DNA from: Nitrosopumilaceae archaeon
Lineage (GTDB): Archaea; Thermoproteota; Nitrososphaeria; Nitrososphaerales; Nitrosopumilaceae
Direction of reading: 5' to 3'
Length of the DNA stretch: 64,000 nucleotides
Assembly (NCBI GenBank): GCA_965214835.1
Contig: CBDCCK010000002.1
Coordinates: 2,016,001-2,080,000 of the forward strand
Shown: positions 1-10,486 of the stretch, piece by piece
How positions within the stretch are numbered: the first letter of the stretch is position 1
Layout of the letters: the number at the start of each line of letters is the position of its first letter
Program-made: the position numbers and the translations under genes
Notes under the pieces: model-generated
Told to the model about the DNA's origin: nothing
The model's input: only the letters and a program-made list of their open reading frames with translations
The model's database searches: none

Positions 1-347
1 CGCAGGTAATCGGCTGGGCCACCCCGGTTTTCAGCCATGCCCAAATCATCTTGCAACAAGATTCGTGCCTGCATGTTGCAACGACCTTGACCTCTCACAG
101 GTGCAGTCTTCCCAGATATGACTCACGGATGCACCGGAGGATGGTGTTCGGACAGCATGCTGGGCAGCGGTGAGGTCGGGATCGCACGGATAAGTGATTG
201 TCCAAGCTGGGCACTACGTGCATGACGTAGATCAAGGCGGCCAGGGCGAGCCGTTGCCTGCCGGGATAGCTGTGCATCCATAGTCTGCAGCGGCCGTGCA
301 GGACAGCGTGTGCCGGCACGCCCACATGTGGCGTACCATGTGCCGGC

Positions 348-1760
348 TCACCTGCCGCTCTGGGACGGGTCGGACAGCCTTCCGATGAACAGTATGTTGC
401 CCGTCTCCATGTCCTGTATGACAAAGACAAACGGGTGGTTTGCTGTAAACGTCGGAGGCCCTGACGAACTAGATGCTATTATAGTTGTGGCCCCGGCCTC
501 CGTCCCCTTTTCGTTTACGTTTATGAATGCCTTGTGGACTGCGTCTGACACGTACAGCTGCCCGTCCCCGGCGATGCCAGAAAGGTCGGCCCTCTCACCA
601 AAGATCGAGGTCACGCCCATCGCGGACAGATCCTCTTTTAGGTCGTATGAGACATCAAGGCTGAATCTTGGAAAATAGACCTGCAGTGTTTTCCATGCAA
701 GATCCCCCTTCCACTCCTTGAGGTTCTTGGCACTTAGCAGCCCCTCCAGCTCGCCTATCCCACCCTTTTCGTTTGGCAGCAGCACGAGCATGGAGATGCG
801 GTCGCCCACGTACGGCATCTCAAGGATCTGGTGCGTGCCCACGTTTGCGTGCCTGTAGCCAACATCCTTTGTGTACATCATCGGAACCGTTACCTTTTTG
901 TCGGGGGTCGCCCAGAACGGGTAGTCCTCGATGGTACTGCCTCCGCCAAACGTGTTCACCCAGTCGCCCTTGAAGTATACTGTATTCGTTATGACCAGCG
1001 GCGTTGCGGCGCCGACGGAGCCGGGCGCCATGACCTCTTTTATCCTGCCGCCGGTGTTATCTGACACCCACCCGTTAATCGTCTTGACCGCGTCACCGGA
1101 TCCAAAGTCCACCCTCTCCACGCCGCTGTCGTAGTATATCCTTGCGGTCTGCACGTACTCCTCTAACGGCTCGAGCCACTCTGCAAGCCACAACGCGTTT
1201 GCAACCGACAGCCGGTACTCTGTGTCGGGCCTGTTCAGATCCACCATTGCCGAGCCAAACTGCAGGCGTTTTTCCTCCGGAAACCCGAATGCATCTGTGA
1301 GCTCGTCCCTCGTGTCTCCTCCCGCCCCCTCGTGTACTAGCGCAAAGGCGCCAGTGATGCTCCACGGCGAGAATACGATGTTTGTGCCCTCCTGCCCGGC
1401 GGCGCGGGAATAAAAGTCGACTGCAAAGCCGTTGTTTGCGGCCACGATCCCAGCATAGTCCGAAATCTCGGCTGGCATCAGGCCGCCTGCCTGCAGCAGC
1501 AGGTGCGTGGACTCGGCGGTACCGGCATCCGGCACGGTTACGGCCCACCCCTTCCTTTCTGCAGTGCTCTCACTCACGCACACGGCGCCGCCGGCGCCGC
1601 GCACGACCAGCGCGAGCCCCTCCCTGCACAGGACCCCGTCGGGAGAGACGCCGGCCGCAAGCTGCTTTAGCGGGGGCGGCACATCCGCGTGTGCGGCTGC
1701 GGTAAATGCCACTGCTGCCAGAGCGAGAAAGAGTCCTGTTGCGGCAAAGCGTCTGATCAT
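348..1760 (-). CDS. Secreted serpin (serine protease inhibitor) with N-terminal thaumarchaeal PPLKQ..C..C domain
   Basis: Signal peptide ending AHA; serpin motifs NIVFSPWSI, NTVYFKGDW, hinge/RCL VNEKGTEAGATT and FTANHPFVFVI..ILFIGR. Confidence 0.93.
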   Translation of the reverse strand: MIRRFAATGLFLALAAVAFTAAAHADVPPPLKQLAAGVSPDGVLCREGLALVVRGAGGAVCVSESTAERKGWAVTVPDAGTAESTHLLLQAGGLMPAEISDYAGIVAANNGFAVDFYSRAAGQEGTNIVFSPWSITGAFALVHEGAGGDTRDELTDAFGFPEEKRLQFGSAMVDLNRPDTEYRLSVANALWLAEWLEPLEEYVQTARIYYDSGVERVDFGSGDAVKTINGWVSDNTGGRIKEVMAPGSVGAATPLVITNTVYFKGDWVNTFGGGSTIEDYPFWATPDKKVTVPMMYTKDVGYRHANVGTHQILEMPYVGDRISMLVLLPNEKGGIGELEGLLSAKNLKEWKGDLAWKTLQVYFPRFSLDVSYDLKEDLSAMGVTSIFGERADLSGIAGDGQLYVSDAVHKAFINVNEKGTEAGATTIIASSSSGPPTFTANHPFVFVIQDMETGNILFIGRLSDPSQSGR

Positions 1761-1944
1761 GGCAGAACTACAGGCATGTCGCTAAAAAGTCTGTTGCCGT
1801 AACAGCTCGCTCTGGAAGCGTTCCTGATTTTAGGCACAAATTATACTCGATCGGGATCCTCCGGGATGACAAAATTCACGCCTGAACTTCCATAGTCCGA
1901 GATCTTACAAATAGAAGTGTTGTTTTTGTTTGTTGTTGTGGTAC

Positions 1945-2066
1945 CATCTAAGCGAAATGTGCTGAAAAAATCTGGCAAAAACGGAAAACAACAGCAAGAA
2001 ACGTGCCTCAAATCATGCACAATAACAAGACAGAAACAATAACTTCATCCACATTTCGCTTAGCTG
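1945..2066. mobile_element. MITE family A, copy 1
   Basis: Terminal inverted repeats catctaagcgaaatgtg / cacatttcgcttagctg around a non-coding A-rich interior; related copies at 9983, 27039, 32693. Confidence 0.7.
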
Positions 2067-2105
2067 ATGAAGAAAAAAATTTAGTAAAAGTCAACTTTCG
2101 TTCAA

Positions 2106-3065
2106 CTATTGTGACTCTTCTTCCAGTAACAGTCTAGTTTTGCCAATACCCACAGATGAAAAACTAGGATTGTTTTTGAGAGGATCTGCGTGTAGGATTG
2201 TAAAAGAGTTTGGATGTTTTTTCCAAAATAAATACAATCCAAGTGCCTGAGGTTTTGTCCCCATCGGAACGACTGTCCATCTAAATTTGGTTAGTGAATA
2301 TTTCTGACGGATGCCTTCCAGAGTATTGATGACATTATTTATGATGGTTGGATCTGCATGCTTGAGATTATTTTTGCCAACCATTTTCAATAAGGTATTG
2401 TTCATTCTTTCAGTTTTTCCTTCCCAAGAAGGATAGAAAGCAGGTTTCGGAACCACCAATACTGCTTCATCAGGCTCACAGAAATTGTGTATCGCTTTTG
2501 CCCGATCTCCTTCATATCCTAAAAACTCAAGCAATAACAGCGGAAGACTAGGCGAAGTGTTCCCAATAAATTCTCCCACCGCTTGAATGTCTCCTATTCC
2601 AATAGACATAGGCAAATACAAATCCGTTTTGTAATTCAATGGCTCGGTATAGTAAATTCTAATATTTCCCCATAATTCTACATCATCCAACGTTTTCAAT
2701 AAAATTAGCAGATTTTTGACTGGGATTGTAGAGATATCCAAGACAACTTTAGGGCGGTCATATTTGTCACTTGAACAGGCACAGAATTCTATGATGGAAC
2801 CCATTGGTTTGTTTTCGGATGCAACAATTTCCCGATATGTCGCTGATCTTGATTTCAAAATCTTTCTCATTTTTTCAAGATTGTCTTTTGTTTCAGTTTT
2901 TTCAGAATCAAAAACAAATACAAAACTATCCTTAAACTTTACCCTTTCGTCAAATTTTGAGGAAATTCCCAAACATCGATCTTCGTAGTTTACTGATGTG
3001 ATGAATATATCGTCTGGAGAGTCTTGTAAATTTTTTACTGTGTCTATTAATGAATTGTTTGACAT
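2106..3065 (-). CDS. Hypothetical partner of the ORC/CDC6-like ATPase, possibly tandem CARF-like Rossmann domains
   Basis: 319 aa AT-rich ORF starting 2 bp after the ATPase stop; two motifs reminiscent of the CARF strand-loop-helix (VVLDISTIPVK, VVPMGTKPQALG). Fold call is inference. Confidence 0.6.
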   Translation of the reverse strand: MSNNSLIDTVKNLQDSPDDIFITSVNYEDRCLGISSKFDERVKFKDSFVFVFDSEKTETKDNLEKMRKILKSRSATYREIVASENKPMGSIIEFCACSSDKYDRPKVVLDISTIPVKNLLILLKTLDDVELWGNIRIYYTEPLNYKTDLYLPMSIGIGDIQAVGEFIGNTSPSLPLLLLEFLGYEGDRAKAIHNFCEPDEAVLVVPKPAFYPSWEGKTERMNNTLLKMVGKNNLKHADPTIINNVINTLEGIRQKYSLTKFRWTVVPMGTKPQALGLYLFWKKHPNSFTILHADPLKNNPSFSSVGIGKTRLLLEEESQ

Positions 3066-4616
3066 TTTTATTCGCCAAAAAAGTCAGTAATACTTCCAAG
3101 TTCTTTTGTTCTTGCCACTTTTCTTAATTTGTCTATGAGTTCTTTTTTGGTTTGTTTTTGCGTTCCTGATTCCAATAATCCTTTGAAACTATTGCAGTTT
3201 ATCGGGTATGAAGACATGGGTCTTGGTGAGATTTTCAATGTCTGAGCGTAAATTCTATTTAGAACATAATCATATGACGAAGTGCCATATCCTGGTTTTC
3301 CACGCCTTCCCAATCTGCTTCCATGTTCATGAAAAATAGAGTACATGACACAGGTGTCTATGATCTCCTGCAAGGTATGCCCAATTTCGCAGTTTGGAAG
3401 AATTACTTTTAGGCCCAACTCATCAGGATTTGGGATTGAGATCAGTGATGATTCTGGCTCGTAAAAATGAGTGATCAATTTTTCACGTAGTATGTCTCCC
3501 AAGTCATTTACAAACTTTAGGATTGCACGGCCTACAACAGGAATATCTTGAATATCCCACAAGTGATAGTCGGATATTTGCTCTATGGCTTTAGTTTGAT
3601 TTTTGTATGAAATTTTCTGCCCTTGTTTTGGTTCAATCTTGTCCCTAATGGCAAAAATATACGCCATGCCACATAATTCAACAAATATGCGAAGATTTCC
3701 TGAAGAAAAAGTAACAAAATCACCAAACCCCGCATATGATTTTGCTTTATTCTTGGATAATCGGTATTCTGCGGAAACTCCATAATGCGAATACAAATAG
3801 TCTAATTGGGTTTGGGTTAAACTATCCCAGGGTTTCTTACTGGCATAATATAATGATTTTATTTCCGCCATGATTTTTTCTTTGGTAAATCCATCTAGTG
3901 TTTTGGAATTTGTTTTGAAATAATCTCCCCTGTCTTCCAGAATTTCCTCAATATTACAATTCACAAACCCTGATTCTTTCATGATTTTTTCACAAATTTT
4001 TTTTACATGGTTTGCAAATCTCTTTTTTTGTTCAGAGTCTGATATATCAAAATCCATGTCTACTTTTTCATAATCGTGAATTTCTTGCAATGGCTGATTT
4101 TCCAGGGTTTGAGATTCATTGAATGCTGTTTTTTTAGCCGCAATTTTAAACGTGTATGATGTGCCTTCATTGAACTTCACAAGAGTGTTTAGTACAATTT
4201 TTTGGTTATCGTTAAAATTTTCATACTCATCAATTAAAAAACAAATGTAACGATTCTTTAATTCGGGAACTGCTTCAATAATTTGTTTGCACATAAAATC
4301 TAATGCTTCTTGATCTAAAGATTTTACGGTGTATTCTGCTTTTGTTTTTCTAATTTTTCCCCGAACATAATCTGTAATCTGGCTAATTTGTTCATGTATG
4401 GATAATTCAGTCGAGGCAAAAGTGGTAGTTTTTTCAGGTAGGCGTAATGAACTAGAAATGATTTTAGATATTTTTTCTTCAATGGAATCGTCAATTGTAG
4501 GGATTTTGTTTTTTCTGCAATCTTTTAGTTCAGATAATATTGATTGCCCCAATCTTAAAATCAATTGGTCTATGAAAATTATTTTTGATTCCGATGAATC
4601 GATAGTGTCTGTTTCT

Positions 4617-4680
4617 TCAGATAGCGAATAGGTCCCTCTTGAGGCTCGTCAGATAGCGAATAGGTCCCTCTTGAGGCTCG
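4617..4680. repeat. Perfect 32-bp tandem duplication causing a frameshift
   Basis: tcagatagcgaataggtccctcttgaggctcg x2. Confidence 0.97.
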
Positions 4681-5362
4681 TTGATAGACTCCAAAATATG
4701 GGATTTTTGGATCATTGAATGATTCTACAGAATTAATTGAGGTGATAAACGGTGCACGAACAGATTTTAGCAACATGGTTTTTCCAGACCCTCTTCCTCC
4801 TTCTATGAAAGTGGGTTTGGGGGAAATCATTTGATCATATGTTTTTTCAGGATCTTCGAATAAATTTACAAACGTTGCAGCATCTGTAAAATTTTCTGCT
4901 CTAATTCTCCAAAAAGGGTTTTGATTTTCAATATCAAAAATTTCAGAGTATAGTTTATCAGATGTTTCTGGGGGAGTTAAAGACTCTACAAGTTTTGATA
5001 TTGCATCACCGTATTCTTTATCATCAAATCTTGAAAATAGTTTGTCTTGTAGCATCGTAGAAATTCTAATTGGCATCTGTTTTTTCACTTCGTCATATTC
5101 TTCATATGGCGGAATTATTGGGATTACTCCAAATCGAGGTTCTTCGATTTCTTTAACAACTGCGATGGATAATTCTTTATTGCACCAAGGACTGTTTAGA
5201 AAATCCTTTGTAATTACTGCAGCCAAATAATCAGACGTTCCTAATTCTTCAAATAACATGCCAAAAGAATCTCCACCTTCCAAGACTCTTTTATCAAATC
5301 TTAATCTTAACCGTGTTTTTTCACCTAGATCTTCAACTAACTTATCAACAAATGCACTGTCT

Positions 5363-6602
5363 TAGTTTGTTGCATAACTCCGACTAGAGCCAAGTCGTTC
5401 CGCCCGGATCACTACCGGCACCAGGTTCCTACATGGCAGCCACCGCCTCTGCGATCCACTTGTTGTACAGCCATATCCTCAGCTTTACCTCCTGCACCAC
5501 ATTGGACCACTTGAGGGCCATTACGCCCTCGCCGAACATGCGCTTTATGGACGATATCACGATCTCGATGATCCATCTACTGCCAAAGCCGACCGTACTC
5601 TTCCAGTACCGCAGGTTCTCCTGTCTTTCCTCCTTTGAGAGATCACCCACCGGCACCTCGGGGCCGCCCCCAAGCTGCCATCGCACCAGCTGGCCCCACT
5701 TGTCGCCGGTGCCCTTGCCCTTTGCAGTACAGCTTGTCAAGAGCCGTATGAGTGGTTTTATGCCGCGCTTGTGGCACTCGGCTACGTTCTTCCTTGAACC
5801 GTATGCGCCGTCTGCAAGCAGGATCTTTCCCGGCGTATCAGGATTCGCGCCGGTGTCAAGCAGGGTCATCGGCGAGATCCCATCTGCAAGCATGTTGGGA
5901 ATCTTGACTGCGTCTGCGCCGTCGGTGCGTTCCTGCTGCTGCTGCTCCTCTTCCTTGATGTTCTTGGTCGCCTCCTCAAGCAGTGTCGGCAGTTCCGTGC
6001 TGTCGCCGACTGCGTCACTTGTGACAGATACTGCCAGTACCTGCTTGGTGTCTGCGTCGACCATCAGGTGCATCTTGACAAATCCGCGCCTTACCTTCCA
6101 TTTCTTGCATATCCACTCGCCCCGGTTGTGCTGCTTGAGGCCCGTGGCATCGGCTATCATGACCAGGTTGCGGGACTTGTCGCGCACCGTGATTACATGC
6201 TCTGCAATGTCGACGTCAAGCTTTTGTATTCTCCTGAATATCGTGGTATAACACGGTGAGTCTGCGCCCTTTAGCATCTCCTCGAACATGCCTGACAGCT
6301 GCCTGTACTGTACCATGAATGCGGTCCTGAGGGCGGCTGCGGCCATTATCATGCCTTCTGCATACAGGAACGGGGCGCCCTCCTTGTGACGGTTGGCATC
6401 CTTGAGATCCTTCTCCCATTCCGGGTTGTACTTGACGACTAGGCCTGCCCCCCTCTTTACGTACTTTGCATTGTCTGTTTGTGTCAATGTATACCATACG
6501 AGGCATCCTCATGATCCATTACTTTTTCGGTAAGGATTAGTTGATCATTTTGGTGATTTTTAGTCAGATTTCAAATTTTAGGAAGGGTTATGCAACAAAC
6601 TA
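5363..6602 (-). mobile_element. IS5-family insertion sequence (IS903-like ends), intact
   Basis: 16-bp perfect TIR tagtttgttgcataac / gttatgcaacaaacta; 8-bp TSD cactgtct at 5355-5362 and 6603-6610. Confidence 0.95.
5429..6487 (-). CDS. IS5-family DDE transposase
   Basis: IADATGLK, GFVKMHLMVD, LLADGAYGS, RWIIEIVISSIKRMFG motifs. Confidence 0.93.
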   Translation of the reverse strand: MTQTDNAKYVKRGAGLVVKYNPEWEKDLKDANRHKEGAPFLYAEGMIMAAAALRTAFMVQYRQLSGMFEEMLKGADSPCYTTIFRRIQKLDVDIAEHVITVRDKSRNLVMIADATGLKQHNRGEWICKKWKVRRGFVKMHLMVDADTKQVLAVSVTSDAVGDSTELPTLLEEATKNIKEEEQQQQERTDGADAVKIPNMLADGISPMTLLDTGANPDTPGKILLADGAYGSRKNVAECHKRGIKPLIRLLTSCTAKGKGTGDKWGQLVRWQLGGGPEVPVGDLSKEERQENLRYWKSTVGFGSRWIIEIVISSIKRMFGEGVMALKWSNVVQEVKLRIWLYNKWIAEAVAAM

Positions 6603-6991
6603 CACTGTCTTTATTACTATATGTGACAAAAACCGTGGCCATGATTAGCAGGGATGCACTGCAGATTTAAAATTTTCATTTCATGTGAGGATAATACTGC
6701 AGATGTTTTCTAGTCCTCGATTTCGTAACCGTAAGGCATATGTCCGCAATCAGTGCAGACATAATCATCATCATTTTCATTCCATTAAATCTCCATTTCA
6801 TAGCAAATTGGAGCAGAAATCCAGAGTCATTATAGCAACGCGCAAAAGTCTTTGAGTCAAAACATGGTCAGATTGCCCGTGAAAAACCTCAATTATTTGT
6901 GAGCGTTGCTATACATTTCAAAAATTACTTTTCTAGGCCTGATTCTTTTATTCCACGATTTTTATTAACCGCAACATAACAAAATTTACGA

Positions 6992-7105
6992 ATGCAGGAA
7001 GATGCAGGAGGATGTGAAATTGTTTTTACTATCTATGCAGGAAATGTGAAGTTCATGATCTATTATACTGCAGGATCTATTAATATGCAGGAAGATGTAG
7101 GATAG
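6992..7105 (+). promoter_or_regulatory. Cluster of five TGCAGGA direct repeats upstream of the PAPS-reductase-like gene
   Basis: atgcaggaagatg, atgcaggagg, atgcaggaaatg, ctgcaggatc, atgcaggaagatg within ~110 bp. Confidence 0.5.
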
Positions 7106-7879
7106 ATGTTAGTACAAGAAAGAATTTCGGATTCAAGAGGCATCAAGCGGCAAGCAGATGCAAAGTATATTGTAAGTTATGGCGGCGGAGTAAACTCTAC
7201 AGCATTAATTGTATTTTTGGTCAAGAACAAATTCCCTCTTGATTATGTCGTGTTTTCAGATACTGGTGATGAAATGCCCGAAACATATGAGTATCTTGAT
7301 GTTATTAAGAGGTATCTTAAACGAAGAGACATTCCATTTGAAATTGTAAAGAATAGAAAAAAAGAGGCGCTATCTGACAAATGTCTAAGACGTGGAGTGG
7401 TTCCCTCTCAAGTATGGCGTTGGTGTACTAGAGACTTCAAAGTTTTGCCAATTCATGCGTTTTATAGAAAATTACAATCACACGTCTACCAGTACATGGG
7501 AATCGATTATGGCGAAGTTCACAGAATGAAACCTGCCAAAGTAGATTATGTAACTAATCTGTACCCATTAGTTGATTACAAAATAGGCAGAAAAGAATGC
7601 ATAAGTCTAATCAAAAAGGTGAGACTTCCAATTCCAGTGAAAAGTGGGTGCTATATGTGTCCATTCAACAACATGGAAAGATGGGCCGAGATTTATGAGA
7701 AACATCCAGACTTGTACAAGTATGCCGTGAAGATTGAAGAGCAAAGCAAGCATTTTGGTAAACAGCACCTAGCACCAAAAGGTTACACACTAAGAAAGCT
7801 TGGTAAAATCATGAAAAAGAATAAGAAATTGCCAATGGTTCAGGTTGAGAGCCCCTGCGGCAGTGAATGCATGATCTAG
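7106..7879 (+). CDS. PAPS-reductase/DndC-like PP-loop protein with Cys motifs
   Basis: SYGGGVNS PP-loop, FSDTGDEMPETY, RWCT, KSGCYMCPF, C-terminal CGSEC. Confidence 0.85.
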   Translation: MLVQERISDSRGIKRQADAKYIVSYGGGVNSTALIVFLVKNKFPLDYVVFSDTGDEMPETYEYLDVIKRYLKRRDIPFEIVKNRKKEALSDKCLRRGVVPSQVWRWCTRDFKVLPIHAFYRKLQSHVYQYMGIDYGEVHRMKPAKVDYVTNLYPLVDYKIGRKECISLIKKVRLPIPVKSGCYMCPFNNMERWAEIYEKHPDLYKYAVKIEEQSKHFGKQHLAPKGYTLRKLGKIMKKNKKLPMVQVESPCGSECMI

Positions 7880-8415
7880 TCCTTCAGATCCTTCTTCAGG
7901 ATTTCTAACGCTCTATCATGGATTGTTTGCTTGTGCTTTTTTGCTGATTTTAATAGTTTTTTCTGCAATTCATTTGAAATTGGCAATGCCAGAACAATTG
8001 TTTTGGATAATTGCGAATCTTCAAATATTTTTTGGGATTCTTTGACTGGCATTGTGGGGTTCTTTTTAAGGAAATACACAAAATCCCTAATCTCATCCCG
8101 ATTCAAGTTTTTAATTATCTCGAACGCCTGAGTGCGTTGTTTTGGATCTATGCGTGTTAATTGATATGCCGTAGTCATGCCTATTTTTCCATCATTTGCC
8201 AGTTTTTTAAAATTGGTATCCAGATCATTTATCTTGTCTATTTCTCTTAACTGGGTGATGGAAACGTTAAAAAAACTTGCCATTTTTTTGAACCCCCAGT
8301 CGCTGTGTTTTTTTAAGGTTCTGCATGCCAATGCAAAATCAGTGATTTTTGACGGTTTTTTTTTTGAGCCTTTGAGGTTGGCAACCAAGAGTGCGATCGC
8401 TTTCTCTTCATTCAT
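7876..8415 (-). CDS. HTH protein resembling the C-terminal half of ParB
   Basis: Overlaps the parB-like stop (ATGA); helical HTH-like segment and GKIGMTTAYQL similar to ParB/KorB HTH region. Confidence 0.6.
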   Translation of the reverse strand: MNEEKAIALLVANLKGSKKKPSKITDFALACRTLKKHSDWGFKKMASFFNVSITQLREIDKINDLDTNFKKLANDGKIGMTTAYQLTRIDPKQRTQAFEIIKNLNRDEIRDFVYFLKKNPTMPVKESQKIFEDSQLSKTIVLALPISNELQKKLLKSAKKHKQTIHDRALEILKKDLKD

Positions 8416-9236
8416 CGGTTTTCTCCACTTTCATACTCTCTGATCCGCTCAAGTAACATTTCCGTAGCTATGTCCTCTTTTGTGGACAATCTCACACTTG
8501 CGATCTTTTCAATGGTTTTTGATTTTCTGTTTGGCAGAAGTATGGTATATTGGACTCCCTCTTCAATTGTTTTGGCGGCTTCACGTATATCTCCCACCGT
8601 ATCTGTTTTTCTGGCCGCGTCGATTGCAAATGATATACTACGACGTTTTTTCTTTTCGGTCAGCGGTATGCTTGCAAGCTCATTGGCAATTTTGATTACC
8701 TTTGCCTCATCAACAAACTTGGAGAAAATGTCAACAGCTTTTGTACTGCTAATTTTTTTCTGGGCCACCAGTGCTTTTACTTCGTCAGGTAGTGCATCAT
8801 ATCCCAAGTAGCGTTTTATTGTAGATATGTCTACGCCCAATGCGGCAGCCACCTTTTCCCTGCTCTTGAAGTGTCTCAATAGTTGCTTTGCGGCATTTGA
8901 TTTGTCTTTGTAATCCATGGATAAACTATAAAGGTTTTCGCTCAAAGAAAGAACTCGGGCATCTGCAAGCTTGATTCCTTCGAAAACAAAACAGGGAATC
9001 TTTTGTTTGCCTGCCTTTGCACATGCCATCAATCTGCGCTGGCCACTAAAGACCCCGTACTTTCCTCTGGCATTTTTCCCCTTAACCAACAATGGAACAC
9101 GTAATCCATTCTGCTTGATGTTATTGGACAATTCATCGATGTTCTCCATTGGGTCATGCTTTCTGACATTTGCATCCTCCCACAACTCCAAACTATCAAT
9201 GTCAATATATTGGAGTTTTTGACTTTCATCAATCAT
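8412..9236 (-). CDS. ParB/Srx N-terminal domain + HTH protein
   Basis: NVRK..IDELSNNIKQNGLRVPLLV, SGQRRLMAC, SLSENL, VAAALGVDISTIKRYL. Confidence 0.88.
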   Translation of the reverse strand: MIDESQKLQYIDIDSLELWEDANVRKHDPMENIDELSNNIKQNGLRVPLLVKGKNARGKYGVFSGQRRLMACAKAGKQKIPCFVFEGIKLADARVLSLSENLYSLSMDYKDKSNAAKQLLRHFKSREKVAAALGVDISTIKRYLGYDALPDEVKALVAQKKISSTKAVDIFSKFVDEAKVIKIANELASIPLTEKKKRRSISFAIDAARKTDTVGDIREAAKTIEEGVQYTILLPNRKSKTIEKIASVRLSTKEDIATEMLLERIREYESGENR

Positions 9237-9801
9237 GTTGTATCGTACATCCCATTTTTTCTAATGTTTTTTCGATATTGCTTGGCTCACATAATTGTAA
9301 CTTATCTGAAACTCCTTCATTTTTCAATATTGCATTACCGTGTTTTAAAAAGTGCTTATCGGATGTAATTAATACCGACGCATTGGCCTCCCATGCGGCA
9401 GCCAAATGAATGATGTCTGGTGCAAAAATGCTTGTTTTTGTGGCTATGTGCAGTGCCAGATCCCATCCTTCCGAAGTTAATGACACGGGCTTGATAAATG
9501 GATATTTCACAAACAGCTCTAAAAATTTGTCCTTTATGTTTTTCATCGTTTCGGCAGGCAGCTCAATTTGTGAGCGCTGGCGGCATATTGTGTTGTATTC
9601 CAAACCCTCACTTCTTTTCTTAGACACAAAACTGTCTGCTTGTTCTATGTCTAGCATTTCCATAAATGTAAAAATAGAAGTGTAACACTTCCATGATCTC
9701 TTTCTGATTCTTTCAACCCAGTAGATTGAGTTGTGATTTCGATTATTAGTATTATCCCTAACGATGTTGGTATCTATGTAGAATATGGGATCAGGCATCA
9801 T
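9229..9801 (-). CDS. PIN-domain ribonuclease (VapC-like)
   Basis: FYIDTNI, TFMEM, PDIIHLAAA, LITSDKHF. Confidence 0.85.
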   Translation of the reverse strand: MMPDPIFYIDTNIVRDNTNNRNHNSIYWVERIRKRSWKCYTSIFTFMEMLDIEQADSFVSKKRSEGLEYNTICRQRSQIELPAETMKNIKDKFLELFVKYPFIKPVSLTSEGWDLALHIATKTSIFAPDIIHLAAAWEANASVLITSDKHFLKHGNAILKNEGVSDKLQLCEPSNIEKTLEKMGCTIQHD

Positions 9802-9982
9802 CTTTCAGATTGACCTTTACTATATTTGGTTTTCTTTCTATAATTCTGAATGAAATTTTTTTATGTTCGTTTGGAAATTTTAAGTTTAACGAATCGTTTT
9901 TTCGTTCTGTATTTTTAAATCCTACTTGCTTTTTCATGACATTTTATGTATGCTGCTAGATTAAATAATTTTTCACACATCT

Positions 9983-10086
9983 CAGCTAAGTGAAAAGTAC
10001 ACCAGTCAGGTAGAAAGCCAAGGAATTCAGACCGTTCTAACAACACTTGCAGATGCAAACTGATCAATTACGGTTCGACCCAGCGG
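9983..10086. mobile_element. MITE family A, degenerate copy 2
   Basis: Left end cagctaagtgaaaagtac identical to the copy at 27039; right end eroded. Confidence 0.55.
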
Positions 10087-10486
10087 TTTTCATTGATCAA
10101 ACAAAAATCCAAACAGTGCCGCGATCTTGAGAACAGCCCACGCATATATGAACATGCTGCAGAGGGCGGGATTGTCAAAAAATTTTCCGCAGGCTGCCAG
10201 TCTGCCCTCGGATGTGGGCAACTTCAAACGTAGCACAGGACATTTTTGGCCAGCCATACGCAAAAGGCAACGCAAATATCCATGCGGGCATGCCTTACGG
10301 TAGTACTGCGATCCGACAACGATGCAGGATTTGCAATAAACGATACCGTGAGGTTGTCTCATATGGGAACTGCATAAAGTGGGACAGTTGCCACATAACG
10401 CTGCCATTCAAAAGTAAACTGATTTACAAGTTGAGTCTGATTGAAGACATTGATCTTTTGGAAAAATAATCACTTGCAAAACAAGA

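Larger units (their letters stand above)
3068..6642 (-). pseudogene. TIR domain + ORC/CDC6-like (STAND-type) ATPase, ~764 aa when reconstructed; broken by IS5 and a 32-bp duplication
   Basis: Start MATVFVTYSNKDS at 6642 joins AFVDKLVEDL after removing IS+TSD; TIR SPWCNKEL; Walker A GGRGSGKT; Walker B FLIDEYE; removing one 32-bp copy joins 4579..5283 in frame with 3068..4564 (2295 nt total). Confidence 0.88.

Noticed and set aside
7106-7879. Complete Dnd phosphorothioation system or CysH
   Set aside because: No dndD/dndE/desulfurase or sulfate-assimilation genes nearby
10090-10469. Cys-rich ORFs / IS1 InsA-like fragment (QRCRICNKRY)
   Set aside because: Too short and degenerate to assign; no TIR or partner ORF
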